From assembly GCA_002319815.1 (NCBI GenBank), contig DCFR01000008.1:52062-116061 (forward strand): DNA of 64,000 nt, written 5' to 3'. Source of the DNA: Megamonas sp. UBA1799. GTDB taxonomy: Bacteria > Bacillota > Negativicutes > Selenomonadales > Selenomonadaceae. The notes beneath the pieces were generated by a model that worked only from the letters and a program-made list of their open reading frames with translations, did no database searches and was not told where the DNA came from. The translations under genes and the position numbers were made by a program. Shown here in pieces: positions 20,032 through 29,175 of the stretch (the stretch's first letter is position 1; the number at the start of each line of letters is the position of its first letter).

Positions 20032-20655
20032 ATGAAAGAAAAAGTTATTATAACGCAGGGCCGGTATCTGGCTTCTGCTGTCAAAAAAGAACAGTATCCG
20101 GCAGAACCGCGCCCCGAAATTGTGTTTATGGGCCGCTCCAATGTCGGCAAATCATCGCTCCTTAATTCTCTCACGCGGGTCAGAAATCTGGCACGCGTTT
20201 CCGGGCAGCCGGGAAAGACGCAAACCATCAATTTTTATGAAATCGGCGCCAAAATTGAAGGGATTGAAGAACGTAAGGATTTCTATCTGGTGGATCTGCC
20301 GGGCTATGGCTATGCGAAGACGGGGCGGGAAAAACGCGAGCTCTGGGCAAAATTTATCAAGGAATATCTGCTGTCTTCGAAGAATTTGCAGTTTGTATGT
20401 CAGTTGATTGATATTCGCCATGAGCCAATGCCCTCTGATATTGAAATGTTTCATTGGCTGCTGGAAAATGATCTTCCGGTACTGCTGGTGGCTACGAAAG
20501 CGGATAAACTGGGGCGCACGGCTGCGCTGCAGAGCGCTGCCGCGATTCGTCGGTCCATGGGAATTTCCACTATTGATGTTTTACCATATTCGTCATTAAA
20601 AAATGAAGGACGTTCAGAATTGCTTGACGTCATAGCTTCTGTTTTGGTACAATAG
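20032..20655 (+). CDS. engB: ribosome-biogenesis GTPase EngB/YsxC
   Basis: GRSNVGKSSLLNSL (G1) and DLPGYGYA (G3); positioned downstream of lon as in Bacillus. Confidence 0.9.
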   Translation: MKEKVIITQGRYLASAVKKEQYPAEPRPEIVFMGRSNVGKSSLLNSLTRVRNLARVSGQPGKTQTINFYEIGAKIEGIEERKDFYLVDLPGYGYAKTGREKRELWAKFIKEYLLSSKNLQFVCQLIDIRHEPMPSDIEMFHWLLENDLPVLLVATKADKLGRTAALQSAAAIRRSMGISTIDVLPYSSLKNEGRSELLDVIASVLVQ

Positions 20656-20665
20656 AAGTAAATAA

Positions 20666-21139
20666 ATGACGAAGAAGGGGTTAGCCTTGCTTACAACCTT
20701 TGACAAAGCTTTACTGAATGAACTGCAAAAGGATTTTCCGGTCACGGAACATCCTTTTGCGGTAATCGCCGAGCGGCTGGCGTCAGATGAGAAAACGGTC
20801 TTAGACCATCTGCAGGCGCTGCGTACCAATGGTTATCTGCGGCATGTGGGCGCTTTTTTTGATTCGCCGGCGCTGGGCTACGGCGGCACTTTGATTGCAT
20901 TGCGGGTCGCCCCCGCGCAATTGGCTGCAGTAGCTTCGATGGTGAACCGGTACAATGGCGTTACACACAATTATGAACGCGAAGGTGAGTATAATCTTTG
21001 GTTCACGCTGTTGACACCGTCGCCGGAGGAGAAACAAGCGGTCCTGGAAGCCGTTGGTTCTTTGCCGGGCGTCGAACGAATGCTGGATCTGGTGGCAGAA
21101 CGAACCTATAAGATCCGTGTGCAGTTCAATCTGAAGTGA
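20666..21139 (+). CDS. AsnC/Lrp-like protein of the siroheme decarboxylase (AhbA/NirD-type) family
   Basis: LDKALLNELQKDFPVTEHPFAVIAERL...YLRHVGAFF...GVTHNYEREGEYNLWFTL matches the NirD/L/G/H-AhbA/B pattern; paired with a paralog. Confidence 0.7.
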   Translation: MTKKGLALLTTFDKALLNELQKDFPVTEHPFAVIAERLASDEKTVLDHLQALRTNGYLRHVGAFFDSPALGYGGTLIALRVAPAQLAAVASMVNRYNGVTHNYEREGEYNLWFTLLTPSPEEKQAVLEAVGSLPGVERMLDLVAERTYKIRVQFNLK

Positions 21140-21151
21140 GGAGGGCTCTTC

Positions 21152-21622
21152 ATGCTGGATGAAGTGGATAAAAAGGTTGTGCGGGCGCTGCAGGAGGATT
21201 TTCCTTTGGTGCCTGGGCCGTATGCAGTCATGGCGGCGTCGGCCGGGATTAGCGAAGAGAAATTTTTAAGCCGGGTGAACCGTTTAAAGGCAGGCGGACA
21301 GATTCGCCGCATGGGAGCGGTCCTGCAGCATCATCGTGCCGGCTTTACGGCCAATGTGCTTTGTGCCTGGCAGGTGCCGGCAGAACAGTTGCCTGAGGTC
21401 GGTACCGCGATGAGCCGGGAGCCGGCAATTTCGCATTGCTACAGCCGGACAACGGCTCCGGGCTGGCCGTATAATCTGTATACGATGATTCATGCACAGA
21501 GCCGAGCGGAATGCGATGCTATTGCGTCACGGCTGAGCGCAGAACATCATCTTGCAGAACGGCGCATGCTTTACTCGGTGCGTGAATGGAAAAAATCAGC
21601 GATGAAATATTTTTGCGAATGA
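21152..21622 (+). CDS. AsnC/Lrp-like protein of the siroheme decarboxylase (AhbB/NirH-type) family
   Basis: LDEVDKKVVRALQEDFPLVPGPYAVMA...IRRMGAVL...ISHCYSR...WPYNLYTMIH; second subunit-like paralog. Confidence 0.7.
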   Translation: MLDEVDKKVVRALQEDFPLVPGPYAVMAASAGISEEKFLSRVNRLKAGGQIRRMGAVLQHHRAGFTANVLCAWQVPAEQLPEVGTAMSREPAISHCYSRTTAPGWPYNLYTMIHAQSRAECDAIASRLSAEHHLAERRMLYSVREWKKSAMKYFCE

Positions 21623-21718
21623 AAGTTTGATGGGTGCATTTCACAGGCTTCTTTGTTCCTGATGTGCATAAAAATTCCTTATTGGGAATTTTACCGCAGG
21701 CGGTCTGATACAGGAAAG

Positions 21719-21757
21719 GAAGTTTGTACGTGTATGGTGCAAACTTCTTTTGTTTTT
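21719..21757 (+). terminator. rho-independent terminator after the ahbAB-like pair
   Basis: Stem GAAGTTTG/CAAACTTC followed by TTTTGTTTTT. Confidence 0.7.
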
Positions 21758-21773
21758 GTACGATTTCGGGTTA

Positions 21774-21802
21774 TTTACAATCATTTTGTTCCGGTGTATA
21801 AT
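21774..21802 (+). promoter_or_regulatory. sigma-A promoter for the pyruvate:ferredoxin oxidoreductase gene
   Basis: TTTACA (21774-21779), a 17 nt spacer, then TATAAT (21797-21802). Implies a leader of about 160 nt. Confidence 0.55.
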
Positions 21803-21967
21803 GAACGGTAATGGACCGGGCAGGCCTGTCCAGGCAAATGTCATATATGTATGATTATTTGTTTTGTGCATAAAAATACATTATGGTTTTGCTTTTTGGA
21901 TCGTGCGTGCGGGCACCGTTGCAGGATTCAGTAGAATTGTAAAATTAAAGGGGGAGCACTAAAAGAC

Positions 21968-24900
21968 ATGAGCAAAAAAATGAAAACAATGGATGGCAAT
22001 ACTGCGGCAGCATATGTTTCTTATGCATTTACCGATGTTGCGGCTATTTATCCGATTACCCCGTCCTCTCCGATGGCGGAGCATGTTGATGCAATGGCTG
22101 CGCATGGGCAGAAGAATTTGTTTGGGCAGAAGGTGCGTGTCGTTGAACTGCAGTCAGAGGCTGGCGCAGCCGGTGCGGTGCATGGTTCCCTGCAGGCGGG
22201 CGCGCTGACGACAACATATACGGCATCACAAGGGATGCTGCTTATGATTCCTAATATGTATAAAATTTCGGGTGAGTTATTGCCGGGCGTGTTCCATATC
22301 AGTGCTCGAGCACTGGCAACTTCATCCCTTAATATTTTTGGCGACCAGCAGGATGTCATGGCGGCTCGTCAGACTGGCGTGGCGATGCTGGCGGAGAACA
22401 GTGTGCAGCAGGTTATGGACCTTGCGGCGGTTGCGCATTTGGTAGCCATCAAAGGGAAAGTTCCGTTTATCAGCTTTTTTGACGGTTTCCGCACGTCGCA
22501 TGAGATTCAAAAGGTCGAAGTCATTGATTATGAAGATCTGGGCAAGATCCTTGACTGGGATGCGGTTGAGGAATTCCGTCACCGGGCGCTGAATCCGGAT
22601 CATCCGGTGATTCGCGGGACGAACCAGAATCCAGATATTTATTTTCAGGAACGGGAATCGGTCAATGATTATTATGAAGCGATTCCAGGACTCGTTGAGG
22701 AAGCAATGGCCGAGCTGGGGAAGATTACAGGGCGTGAGCATCATGTATTTGATTATCATGGCGCGCCGGATGCTGACCGCGTCATCATCGCTATGGGATC
22801 GGTATGTGAAACGGCGGAAGAGGTTGCTGATTATCTGAATGCCAGCGGTGAGAAGGTCGGCGTGCTGAGCGTTCATCTTTATCGTCCGTTTTCGCTGCAG
22901 TATTTCTTTCAGTTTATGCCTAAAACGGTCCAAAAGATTGCGGTGCTGGATCGCACGAAAGAGCCTGGCGCACTGGGCGAACCACTTTATCTCGATGTGC
23001 AGTCAGCGTATTATAGCTCTGAGCAGCATCCATTGATTGTCGGCGGCCGTTATGGACTGGGCGGTAAGGATGTTACGCCGGATCAGATTTTTGCCGTATA
23101 TGGCGAACTGACTCAAGCAGCGCCGAAAAATGGCTTTACGATTGGTATTGAAGATGATGTAACGCATCTTTCTTTGGCTCCATGCCGCGAGGATGTTGAT
23201 CTTACGCCGGCGGGCACAACGGCCTGCAAATTCTGGGGTTTGGGTTCTGATGGCACGGTAGGCGCCAATAAGAGCGCGATCAAGATCATCGGCGATAATA
23301 CTGATATGTATGCGCAGGCTTATTTTGCCTATGATTCCAAGAAGTCGGGCGGCATCACAATGTCCCATTTGCGCTTTGGAACGGCGCCGATTCATGCGCC
23401 TTATCTCATTAATAAAGCAAACTTTATTTCCTGCTCGCAGGAATCCTATGTAGATAAATATGATCTGCTGGCCGGATTGAAAAAGGGCGGCACTTTCCTT
23501 TTGAATACGACTTGGTCCGAGGCTGAGTTGGAAGAAAAACTGCCGGCGGCGATGAAACGTTATCTGGCAGAAAAGGAAATCCGCTTCTACACGGTCAATG
23601 CGGTGAAAATGGCCCAAGAGCTGGGTTTGGGCGGTCGTTTTAACATGGTCATGCAGGCGGCTTTCTTTAAACTGGCTAATATCATTCCTCTTGACAAGGC
23701 CGTTGCCTATCTGAAAGCGGCAGTGGTCAGAGACTATGGCAATAAAGGGCAGAAAATTGTCGATATGAATAATGCTGCCATTGACAAGGGGATGGATCCG
23801 GCCGCACTGTTGGAGCTCAAAATCCCTGCAGCCTGGAAAGAGGCTAGGGATAAGGCGGCTGCAGCTGATCATTTGCCGGAGTTCATAACGAAGATTCAAA
23901 ATGTCATGAACCGTCAGGAAGGTGAAAAACTGCCGGTCAGTACCTTTAAGGGCGGTATGGAAGACGGTACCTTCCCGTCCGGCGGTACAGCTTATGAAAA
24001 ACGCGGCATTGCTATTCAGGTTCCGGAATGGCAGACGGAGTTCTGCATCCAGTGCAATCAGTGTGCCTATGTTTGTCCGCATGCGGCCATTCGTCCAATT
24101 TTGACAAACGACGAAGAAAAAGTTGCGGCGCCGGTTGGTATGGAATTTAAACCGGCCTTGGGAGCGAAGGGGCTGAACTTCACTATCTCGGTCTCTCCGT
24201 TAGACTGCGCTGGCTGTGGTAATTGTGCGCAGGTATGCCCGGCGCCAAAGGGAAAAGCTTTGGTCATGAAGCCGTTGGCGACGCAGGTTGATAAACAGTC
24301 AATCTTCAATTATGCCGTCAATGATGTGGTGCCGAAGGCCAATCCGATGAATAAGAAGACGGTCAAGGGAAGCCAATTTGAAAAACCGTTGCTGGAATTC
24401 TCCGGCGCTTGTGCCGGCTGTGGCGAAACGCCTTATGTCAAGCTGATCACGCAGCTTTTTGGCGACCGCATGATGATTGCCAATGCTACAGGCTGCACTT
24501 CAATTTGGGGTGCTGCTGCTCCGGCTATGCCATATACGAAAAATGCCGCAGGGCATGGTCCGGCTTGGGCAAATTCTTTGTTTGAGGATAATGCTGAGTA
24601 CGGTTACGGTATGTTTTTGGGAACAAAATCCGTCCGTGACGCGCTGACTACCGATGTCGAAGCGGCGTTGACGGCAGGTAAGGGCAGTGCAGAACTGCAG
24701 GCGGCGATGCAGGAATGGAAAGAAAAAGTTCTTGAGGGTGACGGCACGCGTGAACGTGCGGACAAACTTGCTGGCTTGTTGGAACAGAAAAAGGGTTCCG
24801 ATGCGCTTTTGAATAAGATCTATGCTAAGAAAGACTTTTTCGTCAAACGTTCCCAGTGGGTCTTTGGCGGTGACGGCTGGGGCTATGATATTGGTTACGG

Positions 24901-25498
24901 CGGATTGGATCATGTGCTGGCTTCCGGCGAAGATGTCAATATACTTGTTCTGGATACTGAAGTCTATTCCAATACTGGCGGCCAGTCTTCCAAATCAACA
25001 CCGGCAGCCGCGGTGGCACAGTTTGCCGCAGCCGGAAAGAAGACGAAGAAGAAGGATCTTGGGATGATGGCAATGAGCTATGGTTATGTTTATGTGGCGC
25101 AGATCGCTATGGGCGCTGATAAGAATCAGACGCTCAAGGCCATTGCTGAGGCAGAGGCTTACCATGGTCCGTCGCTGATCATTGCCTATGCGCCGTGCAT
25201 CAATCATGGGATTCGCATTGGTATGGGCAAGAGCCAGCTGGAATCGCAGCGTGCGGTGGAAGCCGGGTACTGGGCAAACTATCGTTTCAATCCGCAACTG
25301 GTCGGTACCGATCAGAATCCGTTCTCGCTGGATTCCAAGGAACCAACGGCTGACTTCCAGAAATTTTTGCAGGGCGAGGTCCGGTATTCTTCCCTGAAAC
25401 GGGCGTTCCCGGAAATTGCCGATCAGCTTTATAAAAAGACGGAGCAGGATGCAAAAATGCGTCTCGAAAGTTATAAAAAGCTGGCGGGCAAGGCCTGA
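21968..25498 (+). CDS. nifJ: pyruvate:ferredoxin (flavodoxin) oxidoreductase, single-polypeptide form
   Basis: 1176 aa. N-terminal MDGNTAAAYVSYAFTDVAAIYPITPSS, two 4Fe-4S ferredoxin motifs (CIQCNQCAYVCPHA, CAGCGNCAQVCP) and a TPP-binding GGDGW region. Confidence 0.95.
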   Translation: MSKKMKTMDGNTAAAYVSYAFTDVAAIYPITPSSPMAEHVDAMAAHGQKNLFGQKVRVVELQSEAGAAGAVHGSLQAGALTTTYTASQGMLLMIPNMYKISGELLPGVFHISARALATSSLNIFGDQQDVMAARQTGVAMLAENSVQQVMDLAAVAHLVAIKGKVPFISFFDGFRTSHEIQKVEVIDYEDLGKILDWDAVEEFRHRALNPDHPVIRGTNQNPDIYFQERESVNDYYEAIPGLVEEAMAELGKITGREHHVFDYHGAPDADRVIIAMGSVCETAEEVADYLNASGEKVGVLSVHLYRPFSLQYFFQFMPKTVQKIAVLDRTKEPGALGEPLYLDVQSAYYSSEQHPLIVGGRYGLGGKDVTPDQIFAVYGELTQAAPKNGFTIGIEDDVTHLSLAPCREDVDLTPAGTTACKFWGLGSDGTVGANKSAIKIIGDNTDMYAQAYFAYDSKKSGGITMSHLRFGTAPIHAPYLINKANFISCSQESYVDKYDLLAGLKKGGTFLLNTTWSEAELEEKLPAAMKRYLAEKEIRFYTVNAVKMAQELGLGGRFNMVMQAAFFKLANIIPLDKAVAYLKAAVVRDYGNKGQKIVDMNNAAIDKGMDPAALLELKIPAAWKEARDKAAAADHLPEFITKIQNVMNRQEGEKLPVSTFKGGMEDGTFPSGGTAYEKRGIAIQVPEWQTEFCIQCNQCAYVCPHAAIRPILTNDEEKVAAPVGMEFKPALGAKGLNFTISVSPLDCAGCGNCAQVCPAPKGKALVMKPLATQVDKQSIFNYAVNDVVPKANPMNKKTVKGSQFEKPLLEFSGACAGCGETPYVKLITQLFGDRMMIANATGCTSIWGAAAPAMPYTKNAAGHGPAWANSLFEDNAEYGYGMFLGTKSVRDALTTDVEAALTAGKGSAELQAAMQEWKEKVLEGDGTRERADKLAGLLEQKKGSDALLNKIYAKKDFFVKRSQWVFGGDGWGYDIGYGGLDHVLASGEDVNILVLDTEVYSNTGGQSSKSTPAAAVAQFAAAGKKTKKKDLGMMAMSYGYVYVAQIAMGADKNQTLKAIAEAEAYHGPSLIIAYAPCINHGIRIGMGKSQLESQRAVEAGYWANYRFNPQLVGTDQNPFSLDSKEPTADFQKFLQGEVRYSSLKRAFPEIADQLYKKTEQDAKMRLESYKKLAGKA

Positions 25499-25537
25499 TG
25501 CTTGCTTTTGTTTAGTAAAAAAATGTTTTGCGCAAAG

Positions 25538-25574
25538 AAGCTGCAGCTTTAATTTTTTAGCTGCAGCTTTTTTA
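25538..25574 (+). terminator. rho-independent terminator after nifJ
   Basis: 11 bp stem AAGCTGCAGCT/AGCTGCAGCTT followed by a T-run. Confidence 0.75.
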
Positions 25575-25644
25575 TGTGAAGGCGGTCCACGGGACTTTTT
25601 TGTGCTATAATGATAATCATATCCTATAGATAGAAGGAATCTTT

Positions 25645-26826
25645 ATGAAAAATATTAATCGCATTAATCCATTGGTATATCTTTTTACGCTGGGGCATTT
25701 TGCTACCGATTGGTCGCAAGGCGCTATTCCGGCATTGCTGCCGTATTTTATCGCTGTTTGCCATTTGAATTATCAGGATGCCGCCTCGTTGATCTTTGCG
25801 AATATTCTGCTGGCTTCGATTTCACAGCCTATTTTTGGTTATTACTCCGATAAGGTATCAAAACCATGGTTTGTGTCGGTCGGGCCGGTGATCTGTGGTT
25901 TAACGTTGGCCGTTATTGCTTTTACAACCAATTATTGGGTGATTTTTGTTTGTTCGATGCTCAGCGGGCTGGGGTCATCTATTTTTCATCCGGAAGCGGC
26001 ATTGATGGTCAATAAAATCAGTGGCAAATATAAGGGGCAGGCGCTGGCCAGCTTTAGCGTCGGCGGCAATGTCGGCTTTGCGGTGGGGCCGCTAGTTGCT
26101 GGTTTATGTGCCTATGAGTTTGACATTCATGGATTGGTTGTGTTTGGCATTGTTAATGTGCTGCTGGCCGGCGTTCTGTATTATTTTATGCCGCAGGTGC
26201 TGGCGCAGGCAGCGACGGCTGAAACGGCTGAACAGAAGGCGCATCCGGTGGATTCGCGCCGTAATGACTGGGTTTCTTTTGGGAAACTTTCGATTGCCAT
26301 TGCCGTGCGTTCGCTGGCTTTTAAAATCACCAATTCGTTTATTCCGATTTTTTGGATTACGGAATTGCACGCCAGCGCTTCGACCGGCAGCCTGGCGCTG
26401 ACGATATTATTCAGCATCGGAGCAGTGTTTACTTATGTGGGGGGGCTTATGGCGGATCGGCTTGGGTTTGTGCGCGTAATGCGCCTGTCCTTTATCATCA
26501 TGGTGCCGGCGATGTTTTTCCTTACGCATAGTCAGAATATCTGGCTGGCTATGCTGCTGCTGATACCGGTGGCATTTTCTATTTTTACGCCATACAGTCC
26601 GATTGTGGTGCTAGGACAGACGTATCTGGCGAAGAATGTCGGTTTTGCTTCCGGCGTTACCATGGGACTGGGCACAACGCTGGGAGGACTTATGGCTCCG
26701 GTCGTAGGCCGGGCGGCAGATGCATGGGGCATGGGCGCGGCGCTGCAAATTCTTTGGGTTGCGGCTATTTTTGGTGCGGTCGCGAGCTTTATGATTTCTG
26801 AACCCAGAGCCGAGGGAACAAAGTGA
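25645..26826 (+). CDS. MFS transporter, Fsr (fosmidomycin-resistance)-like
   Basis: 393 aa, about 12 TM. N-terminal LGHFATDWSQGAIPALLPYF...SQPIFGYYSD resembles the FSR family (from memory). Confidence 0.75.
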   Translation: MKNINRINPLVYLFTLGHFATDWSQGAIPALLPYFIAVCHLNYQDAASLIFANILLASISQPIFGYYSDKVSKPWFVSVGPVICGLTLAVIAFTTNYWVIFVCSMLSGLGSSIFHPEAALMVNKISGKYKGQALASFSVGGNVGFAVGPLVAGLCAYEFDIHGLVVFGIVNVLLAGVLYYFMPQVLAQAATAETAEQKAHPVDSRRNDWVSFGKLSIAIAVRSLAFKITNSFIPIFWITELHASASTGSLALTILFSIGAVFTYVGGLMADRLGFVRVMRLSFIIMVPAMFFLTHSQNIWLAMLLLIPVAFSIFTPYSPIVVLGQTYLAKNVGFASGVTMGLGTTLGGLMAPVVGRAADAWGMGAALQILWVAAIFGAVASFMISEPRAEGTK

Positions 26827-26847
26827 TGCGGCCTATCTTTTCGCTGC

Positions 26848-28203
26848 TTACAATTTATGCGCATGATAGTAGTTCCATAGCAGGCGACCGGATAGCAGCA
26901 GCATACAGGCATCGGCAGCCGGAACGGCAAGCCAGACGCCGGTGAGGCCCCAATACATGGGCAGCAGCAATAAAAAGAAACTGATGCCGGCAAGGTTGCG
27001 GGAAAAGGAACAAAATGCCGATAAGCTGCCGTTGCCAAGGGCGGTAAAAAATCCCGAGGTAAAGAGGTTAAAACCGCAGCCGAGGAAACTGAGTGAAAAC
27101 AGCAGCAGACCGCTGGTAGCCATGGGGGCAACAACAGAATTTTTTGGGACAAATATTTCTACGAGACTCGGCGCCAGCAGCTGGGCGGCGCTAAAGGAAA
27201 ACAATGCGCCGCCGGCCAGGACAAACAGGCTTAGCTTCATCAGATGACGGATGCCGCGGTTGTGTCTTGCCCCAAAATAGTAAGAAAAGATGGGGGCAAC
27301 GCCATAGGTAAATCCTTCATAGATACCGGTGAGCAGCAGTTCAGCGTACAAAATGATGGTAATGGCTGCGATGCCGGCTTCACCGGCGTAATATAAAGTG
27401 AAAAAATTGAAAAGGTAGGTCGTGATGGCTACGGAAAGCTGATTGACTAGTTCTGAGGAACCGTTGGTAATGGTTTTTTTTAGTATGGCGGGCTCCCAAT
27501 GAAACCGGCGCAGGCGGAGCAGCGCCTGCGGCTGCTTAAAAAACAGCAGACCGGCCAGTGAGGATATGGTATAGGCGGTAACGGTGGCCCAGGCGGCCCC
27601 GCTGATGCCCATGCCACATTTTGCCAATAGAACGTAGTCCAGTCCGGCGTTGATCAGTCCGCTCAGAATTGAGAGCAGAAATCCCAGCGATGGCCGTCCG
27701 GCAGTCACGAGAAAATAATCAAAAAGAAATTTGGTAATCATCAGCGGGGCGAAAAGCAGCATGGGGGTGAGATAAGCTTGGCAATCGGCTTTTAGAGCCG
27801 GCGTAGCGCCAAGCCAGTTGATCATAGGTTCCCGCACCAGCAGACCGGCTGTTCCTAAAAGGAATCCCAGCAAAGTGGCGGTGCAGAGAATCATGGTAAA
27901 ACGTTCGGATGCCAGCTGCGGGTGTTTTTCTCCCAAGGTTTTGGCAACAACGGCAGAACCGCCGGCTGCAAACATGATGCTGATGCCAATAATGAGATTG
28001 ACTGTCGGAAAAATAAGATTGATTGCGGCTAAGGCCTGTGGTCCGGCGTAGCGGGCAACAAAAATACCGTCGATGACGGTATAAAGAGAAAAAATAAGCA
28101 TGGTGCCAATTGTGGGGGCTGCATACCGCAGCAAGGATAAGAATTGAAAATTTTGCGCCAGCGGATTCGTCCGACTGGTCTTTTGCGTTATGATGGTTTC
28201 CAT
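26848..28203 (-). CDS. MATE family efflux transporter
   Basis: About 12 TM. LRYAAPTIGTMLIFSLYTVIDGIFVARY is a typical MATE N-terminus. The ATG at 28203 is consistent with the MerR-type promoter upstream. Confidence 0.85.
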   Translation of the reverse strand: METIITQKTSRTNPLAQNFQFLSLLRYAAPTIGTMLIFSLYTVIDGIFVARYAGPQALAAINLIFPTVNLIIGISIMFAAGGSAVVAKTLGEKHPQLASERFTMILCTATLLGFLLGTAGLLVREPMINWLGATPALKADCQAYLTPMLLFAPLMITKFLFDYFLVTAGRPSLGFLLSILSGLINAGLDYVLLAKCGMGISGAAWATVTAYTISSLAGLLFFKQPQALLRLRRFHWEPAILKKTITNGSSELVNQLSVAITTYLFNFFTLYYAGEAGIAAITIILYAELLLTGIYEGFTYGVAPIFSYYFGARHNRGIRHLMKLSLFVLAGGALFSFSAAQLLAPSLVEIFVPKNSVVAPMATSGLLLFSLSFLGCGFNLFTSGFFTALGNGSLSAFCSFSRNLAGISFFLLLLPMYWGLTGVWLAVPAADACMLLLSGRLLWNYYHAHKL

Positions 28204-28240
28204 ATAGGTGTCGCCCTTCCTGAAAAATTCTGCTATACTT

Positions 28241-28271
28241 ATCATAAAGTATCCAGCTGCTGGATAGTCAA
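28241..28271 (-). promoter_or_regulatory. MerR-type promoter with 19 nt spacer and embedded palindromic operator (drives the MATE gene)
   Basis: Minus strand: TTGACT, a 19 nt spacer, then TATGAT. The spacer contains the perfect 17 bp palindrome TATCCAGC-N-GCTGGATA (28250-28266). Confidence 0.6.
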
Positions 28272-28282
28272 GGGGGCGCGCT

Positions 28283-29164
28283 ATGGCGAAACGGATTACA
28301 TTTCACGCGGGTGAATTTGCTCAGTTGGTGGGAGTGAATAAAAAGACGCTGCATTATTATGATGCCATTGGCGTGTTTCAGCCGGATTCTGTGGCGGAAA
28401 ATGGATATCGCTGTTATTCGGCGCAGCAGCTTTATCCTTTTTATATGCTGCGCACGCTGCAACAATTGGGATTGTCACTGGCGCAGATCAAGGCGTATCT
28501 GGAGACACGCAGTCCGGAGAGCTATGCGGCGCTGCTGCATCGGCAGCAAAAATGGCTGCAGCAGGAAATCCATCGGTATCAGCGCATGAGCCGATTGGTA
28601 GACAATAATATTCAGCTATTGATATTTTCACGCAATCTGGTCTGTGCTACGGTGACATTGGAAAACTTACCGGCTGCAGATTTTGTTCAATCGGCATCGG
28701 TGCGCGGCTGCTCATTGACCATGAGAGAAAAAGTTATTTCGCAACATGTGCGTTACTGTCAGGACAAAGAATTGAGCGCGGGTTATCCTATGGGGGCGAT
28801 GGTGGCTCGACAGGATTTTATGACGGACAATGAAAGTGACGTCAGCTATTATATGACCCAGACGGATAAAAATTTGCGTTATGTGGCCAGTCTGTATCGC
28901 CGTCAGCGTCCGGCCGGCTGTTATGCCGTCACTTACCTTCAGGGCGATTATATGGAAACTGCCGGCGCGTATGCATTATTGCGTGATTATTTGGCGCAGC
29001 ATCATTTGCAGCCCGGGCCATATTCGTATGAAGAGGGCATCGTCGACGAAATGAGCAGCGCCGATGCCGGCCATTATATTACGCGGATTATGGTGGCGGC
29101 GCAAGCTGTTTTACCGGCAGTCGGGGATGTAGTAACAGCGGAACCGACTCGGTCATGCGAATAG
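28283..29164 (+). CDS. MerR-family regulator with C-terminal GyrI-like effector-binding domain (BmrR-like)
   Basis: N-terminal FHAGEFAQLVGVNKKTLHYYDAIGVFQP is a MerR HTH; the long C-terminal domain is GyrI-like. Divergent from the MATE pump. Confidence 0.85.
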   Translation: MAKRITFHAGEFAQLVGVNKKTLHYYDAIGVFQPDSVAENGYRCYSAQQLYPFYMLRTLQQLGLSLAQIKAYLETRSPESYAALLHRQQKWLQQEIHRYQRMSRLVDNNIQLLIFSRNLVCATVTLENLPAADFVQSASVRGCSLTMREKVISQHVRYCQDKELSAGYPMGAMVARQDFMTDNESDVSYYMTQTDKNLRYVASLYRRQRPAGCYAVTYLQGDYMETAGAYALLRDYLAQHHLQPGPYSYEEGIVDEMSSADAGHYITRIMVAAQAVLPAVGDVVTAEPTRSCE

Positions 29165-29175
29165 GAGGAATCATT

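Noticed and set aside
21641-21871. 76 aa minus-strand ORF in the nifJ upstream region, spanning the two 13-mer repeats.
   Set aside because: It has no SD and a non-protein-like sequence. It also overlaps a plus-strand terminator and promoter. The ATG simply derives from the reverse complement of the TGTGCAT repeat.
23003-24082. 359 aa ORF on the minus strand.
   Set aside because: It is antisense to the pyruvate:ferredoxin oxidoreductase gene; a shadow ORF.
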